The position numbers and the translations under genes are program-made. Of a DNA stretch of 64,000 nucleotides, positions 44,765-55,559 are shown in pieces; the first letter of the stretch is position 1; each line of letters starts with the position of its first letter. Source of the DNA: Cyanobacteria bacterium P01_F01_bin.150. Its GTDB lineage: Bacteria > Cyanobacteriota > Cyanobacteriia > CAKZMO01. Location of the stretch: the NCBI GenBank assembly GCA_039189765.1, contig JBCCYL010000015.1, positions 34,505 through 98,504 on the forward strand, in the 5' to 3' direction. The notes beneath the pieces are model-generated. The model ran no database searches, was not told the origin of the DNA, and was given only the letters and a program-made list of their open reading frames with translations.

Positions 44765-45514
44765 ATGCCAACCGTTAATTCTTCTGTGTTACCAAGCTCA
44801 GTTCCAGATAGCCTTAATGCCTCAACTTTAGAGCGTTTACAAGAGCGCCTACTACAGCAGAGGCATCCAGGCGTACCACTGAAAATTGTGGCCTTGGGCG
44901 ATAGTTTGATTTACGGTTTTGGCGACCCAATCCAAGGGGGGTGGGTTGAACAACTCCGTAGACAGTGGATGGCAACCGACAGTCCCGGTCACGTTATGTA
45001 CAATTTGGGCATTCGCGGAGATGGAGTTAAACAGGTCTGTCAGCGACTTGATGCCGAATTCCACTGTAGAGGAGAGCTACGTCATCGGGTACCCGACGTG
45101 ATTTTACTCTCAGTCGGGACCAACGACTCTGCGCGTCTTGGCCGGTTAACGGGTAAGCAATTTACGCCATTTGAACAATTTGAAGTGGACCTAGCAAAGC
45201 TGCTCGATCGCGCCCAGCACCTTTGCCCGGTCCTGTACGTTGGCATGCCGCCTGTGGATCAAGCCTGTATGCCTTTTGCCGGATGTATGTATTACAATCA
45301 CGCTGACCAAAGAGTTTACAAAAATCTGACTAAACAGGGATGTCAGACACGGAATATTCCCTATCTCGACATTTTTGATTTATGGATAGCGAGGGGGGAC
45401 GCCTGGTGGCGATCGCGCCTCTGTGCAGACGGTATTCACCCCAACTCTGAGGGCTACCGTTCCTTACTTGAAGATGTCCAGAATTGGTCGGCATTTCAAC
45501 ATTTACTCGCTTAA
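44765..45514 (+). CDS. GDSL/SGNH lipase-esterase
   Basis: LGDSL, NLGIRGD, GTND, DGIHPN blocks. Confidence 0.9.
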   Translation: MPTVNSSVLPSSVPDSLNASTLERLQERLLQQRHPGVPLKIVALGDSLIYGFGDPIQGGWVEQLRRQWMATDSPGHVMYNLGIRGDGVKQVCQRLDAEFHCRGELRHRVPDVILLSVGTNDSARLGRLTGKQFTPFEQFEVDLAKLLDRAQHLCPVLYVGMPPVDQACMPFAGCMYYNHADQRVYKNLTKQGCQTRNIPYLDIFDLWIARGDAWWRSRLCADGIHPNSEGYRSLLEDVQNWSAFQHLLA

Positions 45515-46062
45515 TCTTTTACTTTTTTCATTCCTTTTGTTTGTCGGATAATGCCCCGACGATGAATTCCTAACTTTTCCCGCACATCCTCCAACGGAGT
45601 TGCCCAGTCCGACTCAATATCCCAATGAATAATTTGCTTGGCAATTCGTCCCAAATGGAGACTACGCCTTAGCGATGTCCAGCTAAGCTGCCTTGTCACC
45701 AGGCCGACAAGAACCACAATCGCGCTAGATGGCCGGAAAATTTGGGCACGAACAAAAGCTTGCAGAATAAACTCCTCTTCTGCAATAGGTGACAATCCAG
45801 TCAATACATGCCAAATGTCATGGGTTTGCTGAATCCAATCTCCCGTTTGGGGTAGCTGAAAATTATGGCTATCTAAAAATAGCGCCAATTCATACCCCAG
45901 CGTTCCCTTTGGCAATTTTCTCAAAGAGTCAAGATCAACATGAAAGGTTTGCCAAGGCCGAACGGGAGGATTTATCGTGCGTGCCAACCAAAAAGCCGTT
46001 TTTGCTTGCCATTCATCCTCAGGCATCCTCTGCTGATTAGAGTTATCTGGACCGTTCATCAT
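45511..46062 (-). CDS. Coq4-family protein
   Basis: LPKGTLG, HDIWHVLTG....EE metal motif, LEDVREKLGI. Confidence 0.8.
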   Translation of the reverse strand: MMNGPDNSNQQRMPEDEWQAKTAFWLARTINPPVRPWQTFHVDLDSLRKLPKGTLGYELALFLDSHNFQLPQTGDWIQQTHDIWHVLTGLSPIAEEEFILQAFVRAQIFRPSSAIVVLVGLVTRQLSWTSLRRSLHLGRIAKQIIHWDIESDWATPLEDVREKLGIHRRGIIRQTKGMKKVKD

Positions 46063-46237
46063 AAAGCCCCCTGTAGGTACCACCCTTGCGAAAGAAGAAA
46101 GAGTGGCTAAATTTCCTAAATATCGCAAGTCAGATCGGTATCATCTGACGATTGATAAAACCTATCTTCTGGAATATTTAGGTAAATTGATATTACCCAC
46201 AGGGGTAATTTAGGGATGCGCAAAGAAAAAAGCAGAT

Positions 46238-47176
46238 TTAAGCCTTTAAGATCATGTCATCGGTGGAAAAATCCACTGCCTGAACTGTACTATTAATCAA
46301 ATAGTCCTGGGTAAACGAATCTTTCAAGCCCGAGACCAGATCATACTTAGGAGTCCATTTCAAATCAGCCTTAGCCTTGTGAATATCAGCGAAAAAGTTT
46401 TGAACCCTCATAGGGAACGCTTTACGTTTGCCAAAATCAAAGGAGGCTGGATCATAATGGACTAAGTTGAGCATGGAAGGATCTTTACCTGCTGCGATCG
46501 TGCATGCTTCAGCGAGCCCATCGAACGAAACGAATCTCTCTCCTGAAATGTTATAAATTTGCCCAATAGCGGTTTTATTGCCCAATACCGCTACCATTGC
46601 ATCTACTAAATCAGCAACGTGTCCTAGCTGAGTCAAGTGCTCACCATTTCCTGGAATGGGGATGGGGCGATCGCGTACGATTCTATGGAAGAACCACGTT
46701 TCTAAAGGATTGTAGTTTTGAGGACCGTAGATATACACCGGGCGAATAGAGGTGAATGGAATGCCCTGTTCAACAAAATAGTCTTCAGTGTGAAATTTCC
46801 CCTTGTGACGACTATTTGGGTCTACCGCATCCCCTTCTAAATGAGGCATCTGGCCTGATTTAAGATAAACGCCAGCAGAACTCACATAAACAAAGTGTTT
46901 TACCGTATCTTTAAATAGGTCAACTAATGGTTGAGTATCCCCCAGCTTACGGCCATTGTTATCAAAAATGGCATCGAATGATTGTCCAGACAGCTTTTCC
47001 TTTAGCTGATTAGGGTCAGTGCGATCGCCATGAATTTGCTCAAGCTCCTCAACTGGAGAAGGTTTGTTGCCTCGGTTGAACAGGACCACTTCATGCCCCA
47101 AATCAACCAACTTTTTAACTAGATACACTCCAATAAATCGAGTGCCACCCATTACTAAAATACGCATGTTCTCCAT
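46238..47176 (-). CDS. NAD-dependent epimerase/dehydratase family, CSP41b-like RNA-binding protein
   Basis: ILVMGGTRFIG, SSAGVY, RPVYIYGP, GKRKAFPMR. Confidence 0.85.
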   Translation of the reverse strand: MENMRILVMGGTRFIGVYLVKKLVDLGHEVVLFNRGNKPSPVEELEQIHGDRTDPNQLKEKLSGQSFDAIFDNNGRKLGDTQPLVDLFKDTVKHFVYVSSAGVYLKSGQMPHLEGDAVDPNSRHKGKFHTEDYFVEQGIPFTSIRPVYIYGPQNYNPLETWFFHRIVRDRPIPIPGNGEHLTQLGHVADLVDAMVAVLGNKTAIGQIYNISGERFVSFDGLAEACTIAAGKDPSMLNLVHYDPASFDFGKRKAFPMRVQNFFADIHKAKADLKWTPKYDLVSGLKDSFTQDYLINSTVQAVDFSTDDMILKA

Positions 47177-47293
47177 ACCTCCTATTTATCCAGTGCTCTA
47201 ATCCCAGCTTTAATCAGGTCAAGACACAATATCAACGAGCAGCCGGACTCTAGCGAATATTTTACTGGAGGATGGTTATGGAGAATAAAGGGC

Positions 47294-47893
47294 CTACGAG
47301 CCGCAGATGACTCGACGCATTTGCTTTAGATTACTAGGTAGGTCAAACTTGATAGCCTCTTGGATCAACGCCGAAGGAACTGGAATAGTTGGAGTTGCCT
47401 TGACTGAATACGTCAGAAGAGTGCCACCATCATAATCCTGCAGCGCCAAGTCAGCGGAGAAGTCTCTAAAGGTACCTCGCTCCATCCGGAACTGGATTTT
47501 TTGATGGGTAATCTCAATAGCCTTGAGATAAATTTCCACTTGAGCAGAGAACATAAAGAAGGCCTTCTTCGCTACTTGGTATAAACGCTTACCACTTTTT
47601 TTTGCCAAGCCTTTACCGGGAATTGAAGAGAGGACTTCACTATGGGTCAAGTCAGGAAAAAACTTGACCCATTGAGAATAGTTAGTTAACTCTGTCCACA
47701 CATGGGAACGAAGAGATGGAATATACATTTGAGCTGTCACAGCCCCACCCCATGCAGAATGGGGGTAGGTTTCAATTAAAATTTCGCCGTTTAGTAATGC
47801 CCGATGCTGATGAGCAGAGAAGACATGCTGAGAGCTAGAGAAAGAATGCTGCATCAAAGTGTCAGATGGGTGCATAGCAGTAAGTGACGGCAT
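47294..47893 (-). CDS. SRPBCC/polyketide cyclase-like protein
   Basis: VW..LTNY..W.KFFPD, F.MERGTF.DF, LLTYSV..TP..PVP. Confidence 0.8.
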   Translation of the reverse strand: MPSLTAMHPSDTLMQHSFSSSQHVFSAHQHRALLNGEILIETYPHSAWGGAVTAQMYIPSLRSHVWTELTNYSQWVKFFPDLTHSEVLSSIPGKGLAKKSGKRLYQVAKKAFFMFSAQVEIYLKAIEITHQKIQFRMERGTFRDFSADLALQDYDGGTLLTYSVKATPTIPVPSALIQEAIKFDLPSNLKQMRRVICGS

Positions 47894-48358
47894 AAAATCG
47901 TAACTCCTGAATCAGTAAAACGACAGTCAAAATGTGGATAACGAATGCGGAGTGCACAGTAGATGCAGAGGAAGGCGCAAGTGCTAGCCATAAATTCAAC
48001 GAAAACGCTGAGCATAAATCTATGACACACAAAATCAAAAAACTATTTCGATCTTTACGATAAGCAAAAGATATATTTTGCAAACAATATTAACGGTTAT
48101 CATTAAGTATTGCCACAAAATATCATGACATTCCTCAGGTTATCCACTTAGAACCATAACAGGCATTAATCAAAGGGTTGGAAAACTTCGCCATTGAAAC
48201 CATAAAGTTTCCAATAAGTTTAATGGAGTGATAAAACCCGTAATTGCCTGTATTGGTTATGTATCCACACTACGGACTTCTATGTATTTTTATCAGGTAG
48301 CAGAAACGCTAGCTCTTTCCATACTATTTTTGTCCTCGATATCTACTGAATCAAAATT

Positions 48359-48544
48359 ATGTATAGAATCCGTAAGGCTGGAACCAAACTTTTTTGGCTA
48401 TTCTTGACTGTCACTATTTTAGTTTGGGCCTTCAGAGGATTCGGACTTCTGACATTCTTTCCCGGAGGACTCATTTGGGCTTTAATCATCGGCACAATGG
48501 GAGCGGGAATTTTTAGCGCAATTCAGCAAACCAAACGATGGTAG
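48359..48544 (+). CDS. Small 2-TM membrane protein
   Basis: 61 aa with two hydrophobic helices; VWAFRGFGLLTFFPGG. Confidence 0.65.
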   Translation: MYRIRKAGTKLFWLFLTVTILVWAFRGFGLLTFFPGGLIWALIIGTMGAGIFSAIQQTKRW

Positions 48545-48631
48545 TGAGCAGCCATTTTAAGCATTCTGAAAGTTTGAACATTTTGGACCTTTCATCTGGG
48601 TGTCAAATAGTTGCATAAGCTTAGTTCAGGC

Positions 48632-48712
48632 ATCTTAAAGCTTATGCCGGGAGGAATTTAACGGAGTACTGGGGCGATCCGCACCCCAGTACTCCGCATC
48701 GAAATACAAGCC
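48632..48712 (+). repeat. Second hairpin-core repeat element
   Basis: TTAA-CGGAGTACTGGGG..CCCCAGTACTCCG 13-bp stem, flanked by direct repeat GTTCAGGC at 48624 and 48713. Confidence 0.6.
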
Positions 48713-48850
48713 GTTCAGGCCAACTAATTATCCGCATCTAAATATTTCACTTCAAGCTGCAATTCCCTATTCTGATTCTAGGTGTTCTACAGTATCAACA
48801 GAGTGCATACTGGCTCATAAATTTGTACATGGAACGAATAACGATTGCCT

Positions 48851-51112
48851 ATGGCCCCTCATCAGCCACCTCCTAACGGTCCAAAGTCTATCATCAAAAC
48901 CATTACGAAAGTTGTTCAAGCGGTACAGGCTAAGGTCGACTTTTCTCAACTGGTGTTGCGTCCCAATGCCCGTGTCCCCGAGCTGTCAATCGATGGATTG
49001 GATGGAACATCGAGTAAAACCTATCCGTTACTGGGCGATCGCTATTTAATCGGACGCAGTTCCCAAAAGTGCGACATTGTTGTCCGTAATCCAGTGGTTA
49101 GCCAAGTTCATGGTGCAATTCAAAAGGAAAGCCCAAACCCCAAAGCAGGGTTTGTAATATTGGACCAAAAATCAACAAACGGCATCTATATTGGCAAACG
49201 ACGAGTCACCACACTTCCTCTGCGCCACGGAGATGTATTGACTCTGGGGCCTCCAGACTTGGCCAATGCGGTTCGTATCGAGTATAAAAATCCGCCGCCT
49301 CTCTATGTTAAGTTTGCTCGCTATGCCCTTTACGGATTCACGGGGGCGACCGCGTTGATTACGCTGTGGATTCTAGGTGAATGGCAGAAAGTATCCGTCT
49401 ATCCTTTACCGGACTCGATTCAAGGGCCTGTTATTGTTTATGCCGAAGACGGTGTAACACCCTTGCGAAAGTCAAGAAAAAAAGCTCACATCGAGTATCA
49501 GCGATTATCGGAGTTTTCGCCCTATTTACCCAAAGCCGTCATGGCGTCTGAAGATTCTCGCTATTACTGGCATCTAGGCGTCGATCCCATTGGCATTTTA
49601 CGAGCACTAATCACCAATATTCGCGGCGGCGGCATTCGAGAAGGAGGAAGTACAGTTACTCAGCAGCTGGCACGTAGTATTTTCCGAGACTATGTTGGGA
49701 CTGAAGATTCAGCTCAGCGTAAAATCCGGGAGGCGATCGTTGCACTCAAGCTGGAAACCTTTTACAGCAAAGATTTCTTAATGTTGACCTATCTCAATAG
49801 AGTATATTTAGGGCACAATAACGCTGGGTTTGAAGATGCAGCTCAGTTTTATTTTGGGAAACCAGCAAAGAATCTGACGCTTTCCGAAGCTGCAACATTA
49901 GTAGGGATTTTACCAGGGCCTAACAGTTTTAATCCGGTCCAAGATTATGATAAGGCCGCCTCATTGCGTAATCGAGTACTGAATCGCATGGTAGAACTGG
50001 GGATGGTGAGTAAAAAGGAGGCCGATCGGGCTAAGCGATCGCGGATTGAAGTCAATCCTGCCGCCATTGAAGAACTACAAAGCACCATTGCTCCATATTT
50101 TTATGCTCACATTTTTTCAGAATTAGAGGACTTATTAGGAAGCGAATTGGCTCGATCAGGCAATTTCATTATTGAAAGCACCTTAGATCCCCGTCTCCAG
50201 ACCCAGGCTGAAGCAAGCCTAGTGAGTAGCATTAATACGGCTGGTAGCGCCTCTGGATTCTCTCAAGGAGCAATCGTTACCATTGATGCCAACACAGGTG
50301 GAGTGCTCGCTATGGTTGGTGGAGCAAACTATCAGACCAGTCAATTTAATCGTGCAACTCAAGCTCTACGACAGCCTGGATCGACCTTCAAGATTTTTCC
50401 CTATGCAGTTGCCCTAATGCAGGATATCTCACCGACTAAGAATTATGCCTGTACTCCCCTCAATTGGGGAGGACAAACGTTTAATGGATGCCGCGCAGGG
50501 AGTGCTCCTGTAAATATGTATAGGGGGATGGCCCAATCAGAAAACGTTGTAGCCCTTAGGATTGCTCAAGAAGTTGGATTAGAAAAGGTTGTTCAATTAG
50601 CCCGAAAAATGGGCATTACGTCTAGCCTAAAACCCGTTCCCGGATTGGTCTTAGGACAAAGCGAAGCTACGGTTATGGAAATGACAGGAGCGTTTAGCAT
50701 CCTGGCTAATGATGGAGTATTTCATTCGCCTCATACAATTCGTCGAATTTTAGACAGTGGTGATTGCCAAGATTTAAACCTTCGGGATACCTGTCGTGTG
50801 ATCTATACCTATGATGCCCAACAAGGTGCTGGCAATCAGGTCTTACCTTCACAGGTCGCTACACGCATGACTCAAATGCTTCAGGAGGTTGTTCAATCAG
50901 GAACAGGTCGTAATGCTGCCCTTGGTAAAGGTGAAGCAGGTAAAACTGGTACGACCAATCGCAATGTAGATTTATGGTATGTTGGCTATCTCCCTCAACC
51001 CAAGATTGTTACAGGCATTTGGTTAGGGAACGATGATAATTCTCCTAGCTGGGGAAGTAGTGCACAAGCGGCCTTGCTCTGGAGAGATTATATGACCCGT
51101 AGTTTGCGTTAA
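48851..51112 (+). CDS. Class A penicillin-binding protein with N-terminal FHA domain
   Basis: FHA (IGRS, VSQVH, STNG), transglycosylase (SEDSRY, GGSTVTQQLA), transpeptidase (STFK, SEN, KTG). Confidence 0.92.
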   Translation: MAPHQPPPNGPKSIIKTITKVVQAVQAKVDFSQLVLRPNARVPELSIDGLDGTSSKTYPLLGDRYLIGRSSQKCDIVVRNPVVSQVHGAIQKESPNPKAGFVILDQKSTNGIYIGKRRVTTLPLRHGDVLTLGPPDLANAVRIEYKNPPPLYVKFARYALYGFTGATALITLWILGEWQKVSVYPLPDSIQGPVIVYAEDGVTPLRKSRKKAHIEYQRLSEFSPYLPKAVMASEDSRYYWHLGVDPIGILRALITNIRGGGIREGGSTVTQQLARSIFRDYVGTEDSAQRKIREAIVALKLETFYSKDFLMLTYLNRVYLGHNNAGFEDAAQFYFGKPAKNLTLSEAATLVGILPGPNSFNPVQDYDKAASLRNRVLNRMVELGMVSKKEADRAKRSRIEVNPAAIEELQSTIAPYFYAHIFSELEDLLGSELARSGNFIIESTLDPRLQTQAEASLVSSINTAGSASGFSQGAIVTIDANTGGVLAMVGGANYQTSQFNRATQALRQPGSTFKIFPYAVALMQDISPTKNYACTPLNWGGQTFNGCRAGSAPVNMYRGMAQSENVVALRIAQEVGLEKVVQLARKMGITSSLKPVPGLVLGQSEATVMEMTGAFSILANDGVFHSPHTIRRILDSGDCQDLNLRDTCRVIYTYDAQQGAGNQVLPSQVATRMTQMLQEVVQSGTGRNAALGKGEAGKTGTTNRNVDLWYVGYLPQPKIVTGIWLGNDDNSPSWGSSAQAALLWRDYMTRSLR

Positions 51113-51415
51113 GTACTTACACAGTCAAGAAAATAGAAAAGGATGCTCAAAATAAGCTGACTCAGCAAAGAGGCGTATATCGCAACAATCGATTTGTTCA
51201 AATTATATTTAAATTGCCATCACATTAAGAAATGTAAATTATTGATTTGAGAAAAATACTTTTTACGAAGAGGTGGGTGTTAATTTTCGAAATATTCGGA
51301 TATGATGGCAGCGGCTTTAGTTGTAGCAAAATGTAAGTTGATTTGCTGCTTGTTTTGTTTATGCTACTGTCACAGATAGAATTTATGACTGATTTGAATT
51401 GGCTTGGGGAAAATT

Positions 51416-51673
51416 GTGACAATCTACATTGGCAACCTGTCCTTTCAGGCAACGGAAGATGATATCCGTGAGGTATTCCGAGAGTATGGCAGTGTGACGC
51501 GCATTAGCCTTCCAATAGATCGTGAAACGGGGCGAAAGCGTGGTTTTGCATTTGTTGAAATGGAAACTGAGGCACAAGAAGATAAAACCATTTCAGAGCT
51601 AGATGGCGCTGAGTGGATGGGGCGTGAGATTAGGTTGAATAAAGCCAAACCTCGTGAAAACAATCGTCGATAA
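51416..51673 (+). CDS. rbp: RRM RNA-binding protein (Rbp family)
   Basis: RNP2 IYIGNL, RNP1 RGFAFVEM, GTG start; no glycine-rich tail. Confidence 0.92.
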   Translation: MTIYIGNLSFQATEDDIREVFREYGSVTRISLPIDRETGRKRGFAFVEMETEAQEDKTISELDGAEWMGREIRLNKAKPRENNRR

Positions 51674-51997
51674 TTGGTTCTGAGCATTTCTATGTTTCGA
51701 ACTAGGCATTCTAGAACATCGCTCTGTTCTCGAAGTTAAACCTCTTTTCCATCTGTAAAGGTGACCTTGTACCCTCCTCCACAGGGATTTGCATGTCACT
51801 TGTTAGGTTGATTAGGTATTCTCAGATATCCTACAGTGATAAGTTGGTAGTTTTTTATGGGCAGCTAGTTTTCAGCTAAGCTGCTCCTTTGAGATATATG
51901 GCTTCGTACAGTCTTTTAATCACATATGGAAAAGATGCGCCGACTTGTGCGACTAGGGACTACTTGTTTATATTCAGGCTGTTATGAATACTAAGGT

Positions 51998-52345
51998 ATG
52001 AATAAATCAACGACTGAGCTATCAACCAAACAAGAGAATAATTTAACTCCTCCATCCATGCAGCCAGAGGTAACGCCAATACGATGTTTTACAGGTGCTC
52101 TAATCTCAGCTCCCATTGGTTACGCTCTTTACTTGCTGACCCTATCTATCAGTCAAACCTTTGCATCAAAGCCAATGACAGCAAGTAGCACATTGGCTAT
52201 CCGTATTTCCATAATGGTCAGAACACTGGTTATGGGCATGAGTGCACTGGGAACTACAATTTTTGTATTTACTACTCTAGGCGTCATAGCGCTGGGTATT
52301 CAGCTTTTAATCAAGTCTTGGATGGGTAAAGCGGAAAATGGGTGA
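51998..52345 (+). CDS. DUF3082-like membrane protein
   Basis: TPIRCFTGA..., VRTLVMG, two TM helices. Confidence 0.7.
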   Translation: MNKSTTELSTKQENNLTPPSMQPEVTPIRCFTGALISAPIGYALYLLTLSISQTFASKPMTASSTLAIRISIMVRTLVMGMSALGTTIFVFTTLGVIALGIQLLIKSWMGKAENG

Positions 52346-52436
52346 TGGGCCTACTGGTATCGGTGTTTACTCAATATATTTTTCACATGTGATGTGCATT
52401 TGCTCAGCGCATTAACATCAAACCTATAAACGGCAT

Positions 52437-52473
52437 AAAAGAGAGGGGAACTTATTTTTCCACTCTCTTTTTT
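52437..52473 (+). terminator. Rho-independent terminator-like hairpin
   Basis: AAAAGAGAGGGGAA...TTCCACTCTCTTTTTT. Confidence 0.6.
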
Positions 52474-52779
52474 CGGCATCATTACTCGGGTTCAATATTC
52501 TCCTAAACAGACAAAACATCCCCGAAAGTAGTGAAAGCCTAAAGCGTATACATAGGTCCATTCTGGTCCCTGTAATCTAGGCAAAAGATGGGGCAAAAAC
52601 TGATGGTCGATAGATCATGCCAACAACAGAGACTAAATTACCATTGCTAAATTGATTTTTTCAGAAAATCAGCTTCACACATATATAAAGAAGTAATTAG
52701 CCTAGCAAATGTAATAAATAATACTTCAATTCGAGTATATACTTAAAGGGACAATCTTAGTACGGCCTACTATTTGGTA

Positions 52780-52873
52780 TGTACATGGTCACAGTTGTTA
52801 GGGCATTTTTGTGAGGGCGCGAAGCGCCCTCACAAAAATATCTTCGTCCTAATAAAAGTGTCTCGACTGTACA
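52780..52873. repeat. Third hairpin-core repeat element
   Basis: 16-bp perfect stem ATTTTTGTGAGGGCGC-GAA-GCGCCCTCACAAAAAT (52805-52839) inside imperfect inverted ends TGTACA..TTAGG. Confidence 0.65.
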
Positions 52874-53069
52874 GGATAATTCTTTAAACTAATGATTTTG
52901 TCATTGCAAAATCTTTTTTACCCTAGGCAGAAAAACTCAAGGAGGCGAGCATAAAGTAAATAGATATAAAGGACAGTCGAAAACGTTAGAGCTTGAGGGG
53001 AATGCTAATGCTATCCTAGCTAACTTTTTGGGATACGCAAAGATAGGATGACAAAAGGTAACAGTATCG

Positions 53070-53216
53070 ATGAATCACTTGGTCATGTTAGGTATTACTA
53101 TTCTTATGGCGTTGAGCCTTTCATCCAAAGTCCCGATTTCCTGTGCCGAGTTTCACCCGCCTGACAACGGTGGGCCTGAAACAACCCAAGGATCTGGCAC
53201 GCGGCTGAGCAGTTAA
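53070..53216 (+). CDS. 48-aa putative secreted peptide with FHPPDNGGP..TQGSGTR motif
   Basis: Manual translation MNHLVMLGITILMALSLSSKVPISCAEFHPPDNGGPETTQGSGTRLSS. Hydrophobic N-terminus, AAAGG upstream, stop overlaps the stop of the convergent gene. Confidence 0.68.
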   Translation: MNHLVMLGITILMALSLSSKVPISCAEFHPPDNGGPETTQGSGTRLSS

Positions 53217-53860
53217 GGTCTAGGTAGCTTATGACACTCATGGATAAAAGCCGCTGCAATAGTCATGCAAGAGACAATCCCTCCCCACTTAAAAAGTGTC
53301 AACATTTTAGGGGCAATTCCTAACTCAGACGTCGATGGGTTCCACGGGAAAATCAACAATGCACTGAGGAACGGCAGTAAAACCCCTAGCTCTAAGTACA
53401 GGTTTCGCCAAAAAAAGTGGTTCATCACATCAAGTTTGCCCGCACTAGGAAGAATTCCGAAGGGCAATCGAAATGTGTCCACGCTGAAGGGGTATAAAAG
53501 CGGCAGCGGGGTAACCCCAACTAAAACATCCAATATCAGATGGGAAATACTCACCACTAATACCTGTAGGTACAAAAGTTTATTGGGGGTGTGAGTAGAT
53601 AACCAAGACCTGCGAAACTTCCATAACCACAGACTTGTTAAAAAGGTCAGAAAAAAGCTGACAACCAAAGAGTGGGTAATCCGCAATCCATTATGGGAAG
53701 AAGGGTGAACAGGCGGCAGGATATAGTCAACATCTGCTCCCCAAGCGACAACAATGAGCCACAGGGACCATCCATAGCATTGCCATCTATTGGAAAATCC
53801 CCTGATGTTCTGTGGCATAAAAGCGACTGCCATCAAACCATGACCAATAAATGATGACAT
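53213..53860 (-). CDS. Membrane-bound metal-dependent hydrolase (YdjM-like)
   Basis: MSSFIGH, ADVD, RITHSL, SHLILD, LLYPF. Confidence 0.82.
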   Translation of the reverse strand: MSSFIGHGLMAVAFMPQNIRGFSNRWQCYGWSLWLIVVAWGADVDYILPPVHPSSHNGLRITHSLVVSFFLTFLTSLWLWKFRRSWLSTHTPNKLLYLQVLVVSISHLILDVLVGVTPLPLLYPFSVDTFRLPFGILPSAGKLDVMNHFFWRNLYLELGVLLPFLSALLIFPWNPSTSELGIAPKMLTLFKWGGIVSCMTIAAAFIHECHKLPRP

Positions 53861-53891
53861 AACCTTATTTGCATTCCATAACTTTATAAGG

Positions 53892-53929
53892 GCGAGCCGT
53901 TGTAGTGAATATTCACTACAACGGCTCGC
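53892..53929. repeat. 38-bp perfect palindrome downstream of ndhB
   Basis: GCGAGCCGTTGTAGTGAAT-ATTCACTACAACGGCTCGC. Confidence 0.8.
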
Positions 53930-54005
53930 TAATCAAACATAATCAATCCTATGTGACAAATTCCATCTAATAGATTACTTAAGGGCGTAAATGAAGAGAG
54001 AGAAC

Positions 54006-55559
54006 TTAGTGTTCATCAATGTTCAGTAAAGCCGTCTGGACAGTTGCCTGCTCAATTAGGGAATTAGCTAACATTGGCGTATTCACAACGGAGTCATTAA
54101 CCAATGTAAATAAGGGGTTAGATAAAATACCTGCCAGAGATGTAGTGACTAGAGTCAATACAATGGCCACTTGAATAGGCCTCATGCCAGGTAAAGTCCA
54201 GCGGATCTGAGGATAATTCTTGACCGCATTGGACATTTCTTGAGGTTCCTTCACTACCATCATCTTCACTACACGAATGTAGTAATAGATAGAAACCACA
54301 CTAGTAAGTAAGCCAATAATGACTAATCCATATGCCCCAGCTTGCCACCCTGCCCAGAACAAATAAATCTTTCCAAAGAAGCCAGCTAGTGGTGGAATGC
54401 CCCCTAACGATAGTAGGCAAATGCTAAGAGCCAAGGTCAACAATGGGTCTTTCTGATATAGACCACTGTATTCGGAAATTTCGTCTGTTCCAGTATTAAG
54501 AGAAAATAGAATAATGCATGTGAATCCACCCAGGTTCATAAACAGATAAACCATCAGGTAGAATAGCATGCTGGCGTATCCAGCCTCTGTTCCAATTACT
54601 AGGCCGATCATAACAAAGCCTGCTTGACCAATAGAAGAATAAGCAAGCATCCTTTTCATGCTGGTCTGGGCCAGCGCCACAACGTTACCGAGGACCATAC
54701 TCAAAATGGCCAGAGCTGCAAGGACAAAACGCCACTGGTCGGAAACTAGAGGAAAAGCAGTCACTAGTAGACGAATTGCTAATGCAAAGCCAGCCGCTTT
54801 AGATCCGACAGAGAGGAATGCCACCACCGGTGTAGGGGATCCTTCATATACGTCTGGAGTCCATTGATGGAAGGGAACAGCCGCAATCTTAAATGCAATA
54901 CCTGCAATCACAAATACAAGTGCGATGATTAATCCCAAGTCCTCAACACTATTTATGCTGGAGGCAACCGCCTGCAAGCGCGTTTCTCCTCCAGACAGAC
55001 CATAAAGTAATGAGGAACCATAGAGAAATATCGCTGAACTAGCTGCTCCAATTAGCAAATACTTTAGAGCGGCTTCGTTGGAACGCGGATCTCTCTTCAT
55101 ATATCCCGTTAGCAGATAGGAGGAAATACTAAGCGTTTCCAAAGCCACGAAAATCATGACCAATTCGTCGGCACCAGACAGGAACATGGCTCCTACCGTA
55201 GCCGACAATAGGATAGCAATAAATTCTGCCAAAGCCGTTCCAGATTGCTCTACGTAGCGAGCTGACATCAAGATAGTAATAGCTGCCGCTAAAGCGATGA
55301 TGCCTCGAAAAATGACGCTCAATGGGTCTGAGTTGAAGACTCCTAAAAAAGCTATTGGGTTAGGGTTATTCCACTGAAAATAAAGTGATCCTACTGACCC
55401 AAGGAGACCCGCGATAGCAACATAAGGAGCCCAACGAGTTGACGACGAGCGACCCAGAATTAAGTCACCGACCAACACCACTAGAATTGTCAAAATGACA
55501 AGTGCTTCTGGAACAATGGTCGATGCATTAATTTGAGCCGATAAGGTGGTGAAATCCAT
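54006..55559 (-). CDS. ndhB: NAD(P)H-quinone oxidoreductase subunit 2 (NDH-1 subunit B)
   Basis: [51 protein letters not shown]. Confidence 0.96.
   Translation of the reverse strand: MDFTTLSAQINASTIVPEALVILTILVVLVGDLILGRSSSTRWAPYVAIAGLLGSVGSLYFQWNNPNPIAFLGVFNSDPLSVIFRGIIALAAAITILMSARYVEQSGTALAEFIAILLSATVGAMFLSGADELVMIFVALETLSISSYLLTGYMKRDPRSNEAALKYLLIGAASSAIFLYGSSLLYGLSGGETRLQAVASSINSVEDLGLIIALVFVIAGIAFKIAAVPFHQWTPDVYEGSPTPVVAFLSVGSKAAGFALAIRLLVTAFPLVSDQWRFVLAALAILSMVLGNVVALAQTSMKRMLAYSSIGQAGFVMIGLVIGTEAGYASMLFYLMVYLFMNLGGFTCIILFSLNTGTDEISEYSGLYQKDPLLTLALSICLLSLGGIPPLAGFFGKIYLFWAGWQAGAYGLVIIGLLTSVVSIYYYIRVVKMMVVKEPQEMSNAVKNYPQIRWTLPGMRPIQVAIVLTLVTTSLAGILSNPLFTLVNDSVVNTPMLANSLIEQATVQTALLNIDEH

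Noticed and set aside
52500..52630. c-di-GMP-I riboswitch-like words (CAAAAC..GAAA..)
   Set aside because: The stems around the GAAA loop do not pair and the second hairpin is missing.
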